NCBI GenBank assembly: GCA_016198755.1 | Contig: JACQIB010000005.1 | Location: forward strand, 1 to 64,000 | Length of the DNA: 64,000 nucleotides | Reading direction: 5' to 3' | From: Candidatus Aenigmatarchaeota archaeon | GTDB taxonomy: Archaea; Aenigmatarchaeota; Aenigmatarchaeia; Aenigmatarchaeales; JACQIB01 | In this document: one piece after another, positions 44,111 to 53,156 of the stretch | How positions within the stretch are numbered: the stretch's first letter is position 1 | Layout of the letters: the number at the start of each line of letters is the position of its first letter | Program-made: the position numbers and the translations under genes | Notes under the pieces: generated by a model | Databases searched by the model: none | Seen by the model: the letters and a program-made list of their open reading frames with translations, nothing else | Told to the model about the DNA's origin: nothing

Positions 44111-45601
44111 ATGGTGGATTTTACTGAACAACGGGTGGAAAAGCTCGAAGGTTCTGTGCAGGGGATAGAAGAAAGGGTTGCAGAGCTGTTCCAGCGCGCG
44201 GGCGGGAAGGATTTGGAAAAGCTTGAGGGTTTTAAAACTCTGGAAAAGAGAATTTCTGAAATTGAGAAGCAGAAAAGGGAAATAACTGTTTTAAAGGGAA
44301 GAATAAAGGAATTGGAAGGTTCTGTGGAAATAGGGGAAGAAAAAAGGACTGATATTACAAAGAGATTGGAGGGTGTAGAGGCGTCAAGCACAGCTATTGT
44401 TTCTCTTGAAAAGAAGGATAGGAAATTAATGGGAAGTATTAAACAACTGGAAGCAAGATATGGAACGCTGGATAGTTTACAGGGGAAGATTATAGGGCTG
44501 GAGAAGGGGGATAGAGTTCTTGGAAGGAAATTGGAAGCAGTAAAAGTTGGGGAAAAGGATGTTGAAAGGCTTGATAGTAAAATAGAGAAATCCAATTCAG
44601 AAACACAAAGGTTCGGCTCCACGATTTTGGTTTTCATGGAGGATATTAACAGAGTTTTGAGCGAGTTTAAATCAGGTGTTTCACGCTGGGTTGGTACAGC
44701 TGATAAGAGAATGGATAAAATAGAATTCAAAATAGAGTCTATACCTGAGCTAAGGGAAGAGCTGATTTCTGCAGACAGGAGAATATCCTCGTCACTGAGA
44801 AAACAGAACAAAAGGCTGGAAGATATGGACAGGCAGGTTGTTTCATTTGTTGGGAGGCAGGACAGGAAGCTGGAGGATATACGCGTAAATCTTTTTTCAG
44901 AACTTGAGAAAGGGGAAGGAAAATCAAAGAACAATATAGAGTTAATAGAGAGGAGAATACATGAGAGGCTGGATAGGCTGGGAAACAGCATGCTTAAAGA
45001 CTTTGATAAGCTGGAAGTTGTAACTGATAAGAGATTTTCTGAACTATCCGGAGAGATAGATTCTCTGAGAGCTGGTGCAAAGAAAGCTTTTGTGCTAGAG
45101 AAAAGGTTTGAGGACTTTGACAGGTCTGTTGTAAGGTTTGGAAAACAGCAGGAATCAGCAAAATCCGGACTGGAACGCCTACAGGAGCAGTTAAAATCAA
45201 ATATTTCTGAATTGAAGAGTGAGTTAACTGTTTCAAAGGGACTTGAGGTTTCAGTTAAACAACTTTCCGAGAAAGTGCTTGATATTGAAAAGAAGAAAGA
45301 AGAGATGCTAAAACAGTTAAATGAGAAAACACTGAGCAGGGAAGAGCTGAAAGCTCTGGAAGAAAGCTTTAACAGGTCTGTTGGAAACCTGCAGTCTGAA
45401 CTCCAGAATTGGAGAGGGGAGATTCAGAGCCTGAAAGAAAGGGCTCAAAAGTTAGAAGAGCTGGAAGGCTGGAAGATGTCTACTGAAGGAAGGGTTTTGG
45501 CTATAGAGGAGACTGTTGGAAAGGTTGATAAAACAGACTTGGAAGACCTTGTTAGGAGAGCTGTAGAAGAACAGCTTGCACCTAAAGGGACTGCTGTCTA
45601 G
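44111..45601 (+). CDS. Long coiled-coil protein
   Basis: 496 aa of E/K/L-rich heptads; no ATPase motif. Confidence 0.8.
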   Translation: MVDFTEQRVEKLEGSVQGIEERVAELFQRAGGKDLEKLEGFKTLEKRISEIEKQKREITVLKGRIKELEGSVEIGEEKRTDITKRLEGVEASSTAIVSLEKKDRKLMGSIKQLEARYGTLDSLQGKIIGLEKGDRVLGRKLEAVKVGEKDVERLDSKIEKSNSETQRFGSTILVFMEDINRVLSEFKSGVSRWVGTADKRMDKIEFKIESIPELREELISADRRISSSLRKQNKRLEDMDRQVVSFVGRQDRKLEDIRVNLFSELEKGEGKSKNNIELIERRIHERLDRLGNSMLKDFDKLEVVTDKRFSELSGEIDSLRAGAKKAFVLEKRFEDFDRSVVRFGKQQESAKSGLERLQEQLKSNISELKSELTVSKGLEVSVKQLSEKVLDIEKKKEEMLKQLNEKTLSREELKALEESFNRSVGNLQSELQNWRGEIQSLKERAQKLEELEGWKMSTEGRVLAIEETVGKVDKTDLEDLVRRAVEEQLAPKGTAV

Positions 45602-45617
45602 TTGCCTATGTTTTTAT

Positions 45618-45657
45618 TGTTCGCTTTTTCGAACATATGTTCGATTTTTCGAACATA
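45618..45657. repeat. Tandem 20-bp repeat forming the palindrome TCGAACATATGTTCGA
   Basis: TGTTCGCTTTTTCGAACATA followed by TGTTCGATTTTTCGAACATA, between convergent genes. Confidence 0.7.
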
Positions 45658-45698
45658 TATCCTTGGAGATTTGCTGAGGGGAAATGTGGGGCTGAATA

Positions 45699-45992
45699 TC
45701 ACTTGCGCCCTAAAACAATTTCTATTGAGCTTACATTCAGCATCTGCCCATCTTTGCTTTCAAGTTCCTCTGTTCCTATTACTATATTCTTAACTGAAGC
45801 GTCCTTTACAAACTTGTTCCTTACAACCTCAGCCACATCCACTGCCTGGGAAATTGTTCTCCCTCTGGCCCTTATAGTAATCTCTGAATTTCCCTCACTT
45901 AACTGGGTTATGCAGGCAAGTACATATGCCATGGTTGGTTTTTTCCCTATATAGACTGTATTTGTTTTGTTCTTTTGTTTTGTTTGATCCAT
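45699..45992 (-). CDS. albA: DNA/RNA-binding protein Alba
   Basis: [35 protein letters not shown]. Confidence 0.97.
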   Translation of the reverse strand: MDQTKQKNKTNTVYIGKKPTMAYVLACITQLSEGNSEITIRARGRTISQAVDVAEVVRNKFVKDASVKNIVIGTEELESKDGQMLNVSSIEIVLGRK

Positions 45993-46054
45993 AACTGTAC
46001 ACCTCTTGTTTTACTGTAAAACTGTTAAAAACGGGAAACTATTTAAAACAAAGC

Positions 46055-46423
46055 TTATGTGGTTGCTGTTACTCCTGCTTTCTGTTTTGGTGCAGGTAAG
46101 TTAGTGCAGCCGCATACAATAACCTTGCAGTATGCTTCTGCATCTTCATATTTGCTGGAATCTGGTTTCTCTTCACAATAAGTAGACAGTGATCTTTCAG
46201 AACCTGTAGGCCAGTCTATTGTAACACCAGAAGTTGAGCCCACACACCCGCCTGTTTTCAATGTTCCGCAGGCTTTGTTAACTGCAGAAAGCTCAGCCAA
46301 AAGACCGGTTGGACCTGAGGTTGTTACAACATAAAGCAGTATCAAACCTAAAAGTACAATAACAGCTATAGCCAGAATAACCAGAACATTAACAGGGAGT
46401 TCCACTCCTTTCAGGTTTCGCAT
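46055..46423 (-). CDS. Type IV pilin-like protein (class III signal peptide)
   Basis: MRNLKG/VELPVNVLVILAIAVIVL; Cys-rich globular domain. Confidence 0.8.
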   Translation of the reverse strand: MRNLKGVELPVNVLVILAIAVIVLLGLILLYVVTTSGPTGLLAELSAVNKACGTLKTGGCVGSTSGVTIDWPTGSERSLSTYCEEKPDSSKYEDAEAYCKVIVCGCTNLPAPKQKAGVTATT

Positions 46424-46463
46424 AGCTATTCTTTTGTCAGGGTTGGTTTATAAATCTGTACCT

Positions 46464-46772
46464 TTATGCCCCTGGGCACTTGCATATAGCTTTACAGTCC
46501 TGCCCTGCGTATTTATCTGCACAGAGAGCTCCAAGGTTGTCTCCAGATCCGCCTGTCTGCCCATCTTGATTTACATCATAATCCACGCTTATTTCTGTAA
46601 GGTCAGAAACCTTACCGCAGCCAATTGTCTGCAGTTTAAAGCAGCCAGAATTAATTGCTTGCTGCCAGCCAAGATCTTTCGGGAACATTATAACAAATAT
46701 AGCAATAACTGCAATTAGGACGATAATAGCTATTAACAATATAACGGTTGTGTTTACTGGGAGCTCAGGCAT
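46464..46772 (-). CDS. Pilin-like protein
   Basis: MPELPVNTTVILLIAIIVL; Cys pattern similar to the 46055 pilin. Confidence 0.7.
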   Translation of the reverse strand: MPELPVNTTVILLIAIIVLIAVIAIFVIMFPKDLGWQQAINSGCFKLQTIGCGKVSDLTEISVDYDVNQDGQTGGSGDNLGALCADKYAGQDCKAICKCPGA

Positions 46773-46802
46773 CCTTCTGTTTTGTCCTGCCTGAATATAA
46801 GG

Positions 46803-47828
46803 CTAACCCTTTGGGAAGGTAAAGTCAGATCTGGCTTCAAACTTTAGCTCCATGTTCACAGCAGCAACCCCCTTCCCTTCTGCTACTGTTCCCTTCTCTG
46901 TGGATAGGGCAGGAGCATAGCTTTTAGGGTCTTTTATTGAAACAGAAGTTTTAACATAAAGGTTTCTATTTGCCCCTACAACAGCATCCTCAACACTGCT
47001 CGTTATTGTATACTCATATCCGTACTTTTCTTTTAACTTTTGGGCAATTGCTTTGTTTACTTCTGAAAGCAATGGTATTGCTTTTTCCCTTGTTGGATCT
47101 GAAAGGCTGGAAATACCCGGCTTATTGGAAAAACCGCAGTACTGGGAGAAATTAAGCATATCCTGTATTTTTGCTGTTGCTTCGCTGGAAACAGCTATGT
47201 CTGTTCCATTTACCCTGCATTTATCAGAGACTTGCAAAATAGAGTTAGAGACAGAAGCTGTGCCTGTCCAGTATTCACCCTCAAACAGCCTTCTGCCTGC
47301 ATCAAAAACTTGGTAGAAATTGCTGTTTACTGTTATTATATAGGCGTTGTCAAGCTTGTTTGTTATTGTTTCTTTTGAATCTGAAGCTGTAACTGGAAGG
47401 GAAGCTGAGATAAGAAAGCAGGATTTGTCTGCACAGGGTTTGGGCTGGTTGAGTTCTAAAGTTCCAAATTTCAGCTTTTTATTTCCCATATCTACAGTCT
47501 CCCTTGGAAAGCTTTCTATTATACCCCTTCTGAGTTCATCTGTAGCCAAAGCTTCTGAGGGCTCAGCCAGAGTCCAAACCCTAGGGAAGCGCAGCCCGCT
47601 GTTCTGCAGATTCTCATAAGCCTGCCTCTCAGCTACATATTCTATTGAAGCTTCTGCAGCAGAGGAAGTTGCAGCTGCAAGGTCAGAAATCTTTATTATA
47701 TTTGCTGAATTGTCTATCACTGTTACAACAACTGATTTGGTTGTTAAAAGGTATAAAAGTGTTACAGCGGAAATAAGTATTATTGCCCCGAGAATCCCCC
47801 ATACCATTATTGTTCCTTTCATTCTCAT
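46803..47828 (-). CDS. Pilus-associated protein with class III signal peptide
   Basis: MRMKG/TIMVWGILGAIILI. Confidence 0.7.
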   Translation of the reverse strand: MRMKGTIMVWGILGAIILISAVTLLYLLTTKSVVVTVIDNSANIIKISDLAAATSSAAEASIEYVAERQAYENLQNSGLRFPRVWTLAEPSEALATDELRRGIIESFPRETVDMGNKKLKFGTLELNQPKPCADKSCFLISASLPVTASDSKETITNKLDNAYIITVNSNFYQVFDAGRRLFEGEYWTGTASVSNSILQVSDKCRVNGTDIAVSSEATAKIQDMLNFSQYCGFSNKPGISSLSDPTREKAIPLLSEVNKAIAQKLKEKYGYEYTITSSVEDAVVGANRNLYVKTSVSIKDPKSYAPALSTEKGTVAEGKGVAAVNMELKFEARSDFTFPKG

Positions 47829-47832
47829 TTTT

Positions 47833-48312
47833 TCACCCCGTTAAAAGCTCCAGTTTTGTTACAGAGCCATCAGCCAGAACAACAGGAACTGAGGCACTGT
47901 TTATCCTGCGCGTTAAAAGATCAGAATCTCCTGCTATTATAACCTCAGGTTCTGTTGTACGCAGCAGGAAACTGGAAGAACCTGTAAGCTCCTTCAAATC
48001 CTCTTCCATTTCAGTTTTCGGGTTTAAAACTTTCCCTCTTACTAAAATATCCTTTCCTCTCCCTTGGCTTGCTGCAGCAACAACCAGCTCTTTCATTTGT
48101 ATCCCTTCGGGGGTTTTAACCTCTAAAAAGGAAAGTAAAGCTGCGTCTGTTTTAACAGGCTCCTGCAAAACATTTACAGTAACGCTTATCCTTACTAACT
48201 GAATATCTAAAAGCACAGCATAGAACACTGCTGTAACTATTGCTGTCCCAAATATTATCATTACCAAAAAGAGGAATGTTGCACTGAAAAGCCCAATTCC
48301 TTTCTGCTTCAT
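47833..48312 (-). CDS. Minor pilin-like protein
   Basis: MKQKG followed by a hydrophobic helix. Confidence 0.7.
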   Translation of the reverse strand: MKQKGIGLFSATFLFLVMIIFGTAIVTAVFYAVLLDIQLVRISVTVNVLQEPVKTDAALLSFLEVKTPEGIQMKELVVAAASQGRGKDILVRGKVLNPKTEMEEDLKELTGSSSFLLRTTEPEVIIAGDSDLLTRRINSASVPVVLADGSVTKLELLTG

Positions 48313-48698
48313 AGTCCCACCTTCAGCACCGCTGGGTATACCCTACCCTCGCGGGTTTTTACTGCAACAGGAAGCTCAAACCCATATGGGTTACCGAGCT
48401 GCCAGGTTTTTGTTTTCCCTGTTACGGAAAACACTATATTCTGGCTTTTCAGGCAGCTCACGCTCTGGCTTGAAACAACAGAATCAAGCTTCTCCTCAGA
48501 GAAAACACCTATTTTTTCTGTTAAGCAGGAGGCTGAACTAAGCAGCTTTGCGAAATAGATTTCCTGTACATGTTCAGTGTTTGCGTATATATTAAAATTA
48601 TAGTGTACAACAACAAGGAATATTGCAAGTATAGTAATAATGCCAAAAATCATTGCAAGCATGTTTAGTATCCTTTCATCCAAATCTGTAATGTTCAT
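48309..48698 (-). CDS. Minor pilin-like protein
   Basis: N-terminal TM; LLSSASCL...GVFSEEKLD; start at MNITDL. Confidence 0.6.
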   Translation of the reverse strand: MNITDLDERILNMLAMIFGIITILAIFLVVVHYNFNIYANTEHVQEIYFAKLLSSASCLTEKIGVFSEEKLDSVVSSQSVSCLKSQNIVFSVTGKTKTWQLGNPYGFELPVAVKTREGRVYPAVLKVGL

Positions 48699-48699
48699 T

Positions 48700-49152
48700 C
48701 TAGTCAGCCTCCACTGAAACTTTACAGCCCTCACCTGATAGTTTTGTTATCCTTATCTCATGCCCAGGCCCTTTTGGTATTATAAGTTCTGATGGGGGAA
48801 CTGGGGTTAAAGAACATTCAGCTAGGGTAAGCTGCATTGGCTGCGCAGGCTTATAGTCTATTTTAACATCAAAAATTGGCACAACCTGCACGAATTCATT
48901 TCCTCCGGTTTTTGTAAACCTTAATTTAAGCGGATTTCCCTGCCCCTTGTATACAGCTGTAAATTCTCCTGGAGAAACTGAAGCTATGCTTATTGCTGTT
49001 GAAATAAAATTCTGGGCCTGTATAGGCTCTGCATATAACTGCAGAATTGCTGCGTTGGAAGCCACACCATCCGGACCAAATACTGTCCACAAGATAACTA
49101 CAACCAGAACAACTTCTGTAACAATATTGAAGTATACTCCTGAGCTTGCCAT
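48700..49152 (-). CDS. Minor pilin-like protein
   Basis: Single N-terminal TM; lies inside the operon. Confidence 0.6.
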   Translation of the reverse strand: MASSGVYFNIVTEVVLVVVILWTVFGPDGVASNAAILQLYAEPIQAQNFISTAISIASVSPGEFTAVYKGQGNPLKLRFTKTGGNEFVQVVPIFDVKIDYKPAQPMQLTLAECSLTPVPPSELIIPKGPGHEIRITKLSGEGCKVSVEAD

Positions 49153-49155
49153 ACA

Positions 49156-49506
49156 CTAAGATTCTGCACGTGAGAACAAAAGGCTTTTGGTTGCTCCCCC
49201 CAGCATGCTGAAAATAACCATTATAGCTGGCCCAAGCAAAAGAGAGAGGAAGTCTGAGGTTGGAAGGAAAATAAAAGGTAAAAATTCAGACAAAATAGGC
49301 AGGGAAAAATAAACAATAAGGAAGAGAATGCCTCCGAAAATAGAGGCTATAAAAGCGCTGAAAATATTTTTTGTAAAAGTTGGGCCGCGAGCTCCCAAAA
49401 ATCCAGTTGCTGCACCTGCAATAATAAAGTTCCATGGATAAATAAAAAACCCTAGCAAAAAGCCCAAACCAGCTCCTGCTATAGTTCCATAAAAGATATT
49501 TTTCAT
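49156..49506 (-). CDS. Small multi-pass membrane protein
   Basis: Four Gly-rich hydrophobic segments. Confidence 0.7.
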   Translation of the reverse strand: MKNIFYGTIAGAGLGFLLGFFIYPWNFIIAGAATGFLGARGPTFTKNIFSAFIASIFGGILFLIVYFSLPILSEFLPFIFLPTSDFLSLLLGPAIMVIFSMLGGATKSLLFSRAES

Positions 49507-52043
49507 TTTACTGCCTCTTTTTTAGTTGTAGTTGTTTCTGAGGGAATAAGTGCTTCCCTCATTTTCTCTGGTGTAAGGCTTGAGAAAGTTTTTGACATAT
49601 CCTTTGGCCAGCTTATTGTACCCTCCCAGAAGGCTTGGATTAAGGTTGCAGGATCAGCCTCTGAAAACCCCGACTTAACAAGCGCTTTTGTAGCAGTGCT
49701 TTCCCCTCCTGTCAAAACCGCCTCCACAACTGTTATTATGTCACTGGTCCCCCAGATTTTCAGATACTCGCGAGCATAATCAACATCCACATAACAATAG
49801 TTTGAAGCTTTATCCCCCAAATCTGTTTTGTCCATTGCAACAAAAACTGTTGGCTCACCCTCATAATCCTGAACTTTCCAGATTTTTGCAGTGCCCATAC
49901 AGGGTCCAACCAAATGGAAGCGGGGATTGGGGGGGATTGACATTAGCGCAGCCTGTATTCCTGCAAACCTTTCTAACCCAAGCGGTCTCCAGCTGCGCAC
50001 AAAAAACTTTTTAGAATCATTGTTAAGGTAAATAGGTTTCTCAAACCTCTGCCCATGTGCATACAAACATATAGAATTATCTGTGCAGGTCTCTTCTACA
50101 GTAGCCTGTGTTATTTCTCCTTTCCACCACCAGCCGCGCACATTTGCAAACGCAGTTACATCCAGAGTCACTACTTTATTTACCTCCAGCTTACCAAACT
50201 GCATTGGTATTGTTACTGGGAGCGCATTTGTGTTCTGCTCTGCAAAACCTATGAACCGCATTCTTTCTACTGGAGCTGTGCCAACAACGTTCCCTGCATC
50301 ATCTAAAATTTCCTGCTCCTTGAAAACATAATTATCCAAATAATCCCCATAGTAAGCTTTTGACCATTCATAATTGTCAGATTTCATTGTATTTTGCGCC
50401 AGCTTGGTTATCCTGTTTATCTCCTCCTCTGTAGGTGCTGATGTCTTATACACAATTTTTACCTTCTGCCCAAGCGTTTGTTTTGAAATACGCTGCTGCA
50501 CTTCAAAAACAAAATTCTCGTCCACCACTCTCGCAGGATCTTCCTCAAACATTTCCTTTATTATTTTGTATTGCAAAAGCTTTGAGTCACGCGGAATAAA
50601 CGCTGATTGAGCAGTGTTTTCTGAAAGCTGTCGCAAGTATTTCTGGAAAACTGTATTATCTACATAACTCTCAGACTTGAAACCAAGCTTTTTGGCAACA
50701 GTTGCCTTAAGCCTTGTGTAGGGGTGGATAGCCTCCAGTTTTGCCCAATTTTCCGCAGTCATCCTGTCTCCAAGCGCATCCACAAGTCCATTCCTTTCCA
50801 CATAATCCATATTATGCCTCTCCACAGCATACCCAAGACTGCTCAATGAAATTTTAAACTTTTCCCACTTCTGTATAAGTGGTTTGTATCCTTCCTTGAA
50901 AAATTGTGTCTGGGAAATTTCAAACTCACGTACAACACGCGCAGACGTCACATCCTTGTAATGGATAAGGTCTTTGTCTTTCCAATCTGTAGAAAACATT
51001 TTCCTGAGCCTTGCAGCCTCATTAGGCTCTGCAAAATCATTCAAATACGTTTCGAAAAGCTCTGTTGGAGTATATTGAAGGGTTCCGAAGCCTGCCGGAG
51101 GTATTGGATCCATTGTTTCGGCTATTTCAATTATTTTTCCCCCCTCTTCTTTGAAGTGTATATACCTTACTGTTCCATCATTGTCTATAATCTGTAGTGG
51201 TATTTTCTTTTTTGATATTGGAATTTTCCCGTCATTTGTAAGTACTGAAAAAACCTTAATTCTCGACCCCTCTGGTATTTCTCCTGCAAGCTCTGCAGAG
51301 CCCAAATCAGCAATATACACAGAATCATCGAAAAAGCCTATTTTTGAAAGGGATCCCACTTCTGTTTTGCCTATCCTTTTGTAAGCTGTGGTTACAAGCA
51401 TGTCTATTCCTCTCTCCTGCTTTTTTGCTATTATTGATGGATCCAGATTCAAATCCTTCGAAAGAGCTTCACCCCCGCCGCGTGCATTCTTTTCAACAAA
51501 TTCCACTCTTTCAGAATTTTTTATGGCTGCTCCAGCAGAGCGGAGGAATTGATTGGTTTTGTAACCAGCTTCCGCTGCTCCGCGTCCAATTATTTTCGAA
51601 CCCCCAACCAGAAGTGCTTTTCCAGAGCGGAAAGCTCCCCAGAAAACTAACTGCCCGCCTGCTCCACCGCTCCATGGATAGCTCTCTTCCCACATTGCAG
51701 CACCACCTGAGAAAAATCCCTCCGGAAAGCGCTCATAATAAACCTGATACTGCGGAACAGAACCCCCCCAGAAAGCTCTCCAATATCCTTCAAGTCCATC
51801 AGTGTGTTCTTGGCAGAGCTTTACATCAGCTGTATCATAGTAAATAGGATCTGTTGGCTGGGAATCTCCATTCCAGTAAGGGAAATCTGGAGAGGAAACT
51901 CTATCTACTCCTCTGGAAAGCCCAAGAGCTGTCTGGTTTGCCAATCCTGTACATTCCACAGAACCGAAAACATTCATTAAAACAATAAACAAAGCAAACA
52001 AAAACAATATTCCAACAACAACCTTCATTGCTTCCTCAGGCAC
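49503..52043 (-). CDS. Large pilus-associated protein (846 aa) with N-terminal TM, Cys-containing ends and a long central charged region
   Basis: MKVVVGILFLFALFIVL; Cys in the N- and C-terminal parts; translationally coupled in the operon. Confidence 0.7.
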   Translation of the reverse strand: MPEEAMKVVVGILFLFALFIVLMNVFGSVECTGLANQTALGLSRGVDRVSSPDFPYWNGDSQPTDPIYYDTADVKLCQEHTDGLEGYWRAFWGGSVPQYQVYYERFPEGFFSGGAAMWEESYPWSGGAGGQLVFWGAFRSGKALLVGGSKIIGRGAAEAGYKTNQFLRSAGAAIKNSERVEFVEKNARGGGEALSKDLNLDPSIIAKKQERGIDMLVTTAYKRIGKTEVGSLSKIGFFDDSVYIADLGSAELAGEIPEGSRIKVFSVLTNDGKIPISKKKIPLQIIDNDGTVRYIHFKEEGGKIIEIAETMDPIPPAGFGTLQYTPTELFETYLNDFAEPNEAARLRKMFSTDWKDKDLIHYKDVTSARVVREFEISQTQFFKEGYKPLIQKWEKFKISLSSLGYAVERHNMDYVERNGLVDALGDRMTAENWAKLEAIHPYTRLKATVAKKLGFKSESYVDNTVFQKYLRQLSENTAQSAFIPRDSKLLQYKIIKEMFEEDPARVVDENFVFEVQQRISKQTLGQKVKIVYKTSAPTEEEINRITKLAQNTMKSDNYEWSKAYYGDYLDNYVFKEQEILDDAGNVVGTAPVERMRFIGFAEQNTNALPVTIPMQFGKLEVNKVVTLDVTAFANVRGWWWKGEITQATVEETCTDNSICLYAHGQRFEKPIYLNNDSKKFFVRSWRPLGLERFAGIQAALMSIPPNPRFHLVGPCMGTAKIWKVQDYEGEPTVFVAMDKTDLGDKASNYCYVDVDYAREYLKIWGTSDIITVVEAVLTGGESTATKALVKSGFSEADPATLIQAFWEGTISWPKDMSKTFSSLTPEKMREALIPSETTTTKKEAVK

Positions 52044-52047
52044 TCTA

Positions 52048-52314
52048 TCACCCTGCGCAGCCGCAGGTTTTGTTTACCTGCTGCTCAGTATATCCAAGCC
52101 TGCTTTGCAAATCCCCAAAAGTATACTGCTCATTGCACTGTATGTTATAATTTTTACAGACAGGTGCAAACTTTGAACAGCAGGCTAAAAGGGCTCCATA
52201 GTCTCCGCCCTGTGATATAGGTAAGTATACAAAAAAATAAAGTATTGCAGACAGTGCAACTATTAACACAAGCACTATTATAAGCGCTGTTGTTGTGTTT
52301 ATTGGCATCTCCAT
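52048..52314 (-). CDS. Pilin-like protein
   Basis: MEMPINTTTALIIVLVLI; CC...CGC. Confidence 0.7.
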   Translation of the reverse strand: MEMPINTTTALIIVLVLIVALSAILYFFVYLPISQGGDYGALLACCSKFAPVCKNYNIQCNEQYTFGDLQSRLGYTEQQVNKTCGCAG

Positions 52315-52318
52315 GATA

Positions 52319-52684
52319 TCACTTCACAGCAATATTTGAGCTACATATCTGCCCGCAGTTTGCCTTGCACTCATTCCATGCTGCGGAATCTGTCTCCCCA
52401 AAGTCTGAGATAGATCTTCCTGTCCTGTCAGAGCAGAACTGGCGCAGCCCAGGCTTTGTTTTATCCCCAGGAACCTCTATAAACCTCTGATCTTCAAGTA
52501 TTCCTGCAGAAACTTTACATCCAACCTGAGCCCATTTCCCGCAATAATTCACTTTATTCACATCATCCCCGGGTTTTTGGCCAAGCTGCAGGGCTATTAC
52601 AGCAATTGCCCCTACTATAATAACTATCACAGCAAAAATAACAAAGTTCTTAAGTGTGCTTGGTGCTTCAGAATCCCCTTTCAT
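52319..52684 (-). CDS. Pilin-like protein (class III signal peptide)
   Basis: MKG/DSEAP, hydrophobic helix, six Cys. Confidence 0.7.
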   Translation of the reverse strand: MKGDSEAPSTLKNFVIFAVIVIIVGAIAVIALQLGQKPGDDVNKVNYCGKWAQVGCKVSAGILEDQRFIEVPGDKTKPGLRQFCSDRTGRSISDFGETDSAAWNECKANCGQICSSNIAVK

Positions 52685-52716
52685 GGATTTAGGTAGTATT
52701 TGATAGGAGATAAACC

Positions 52717-52845
52717 TTACGCTGGGTTTAAATTTCCTAAATAAGGCAGAACAAACAGGGTTATTACAGCCACAAGCACTATTACAGCAGCTGACATTAT
52801 CAGTATTTTTGCGAGCAGCATTATATCCCCCTTTCCTATTTTCAT
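52717..52845 (-). CDS. 42-aa micro-pilin (not in the ORF track)
   Basis: MKIGKG/DIMLLAKILIMSAAVIVLVAVITLFVLPYLGNLNPA*; ATG overlaps the stop of the upstream gene. Confidence 0.65.
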   Translation of the reverse strand: MKIGKGDIMLLAKILIMSAAVIVLVAVITLFVLPYLGNLNPA

Positions 52846-53156
52846 GTGCTCACCCTTTTTGCCGGCTTGCAGTATGTGCCTTCACATACATTTCCCGCCG
52901 GACAGTCCTTTCCTGAAGCACAGCCGCACTGTTTTTCAGAAATTCCTTCACTCGCTCTTACTATACAAATGAACCCTTCTGGGTTGTCCTTACAGTTATC
53001 ATTTGTTGAGCAAGCAGCTGTCAGAGTTGTACTTGTGTTTCCATCTACAGGCCTGTTGTACAGATTCTGGGAAAAAGCTAAAACAACCATAATAAACACT
53101 AATATTCCACCAACAAGGAGTGCAGCTTGGTCAAAATCTCCCTTCATTTTATTCAC
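52842..53156 (-). CDS. Pilin-like protein with Cys-rich (knottin-like) tip
   Basis: KMKG/DFDQ, TM helix, then CSTNDNC...CGCASGKDC...C. Confidence 0.7.
   Translation of the reverse strand: MNKMKGDFDQAALLVGGILVFIMVVLAFSQNLYNRPVDGNTSTTLTAACSTNDNCKDNPEGFICIVRASEGISEKQCGCASGKDCPAGNVCEGTYCKPAKRVST

Noticed and set aside
44098-44991. 297-aa antisense ORF and many similar S/F/L-rich shadow ORFs
   Set aside because: These are reverse-strand shadows of E/K-rich real genes.
44111-45601. Possible SMC/Rad50 protein
   Set aside because: No Walker A/B, signature or hinge motif; it is only a coiled coil.
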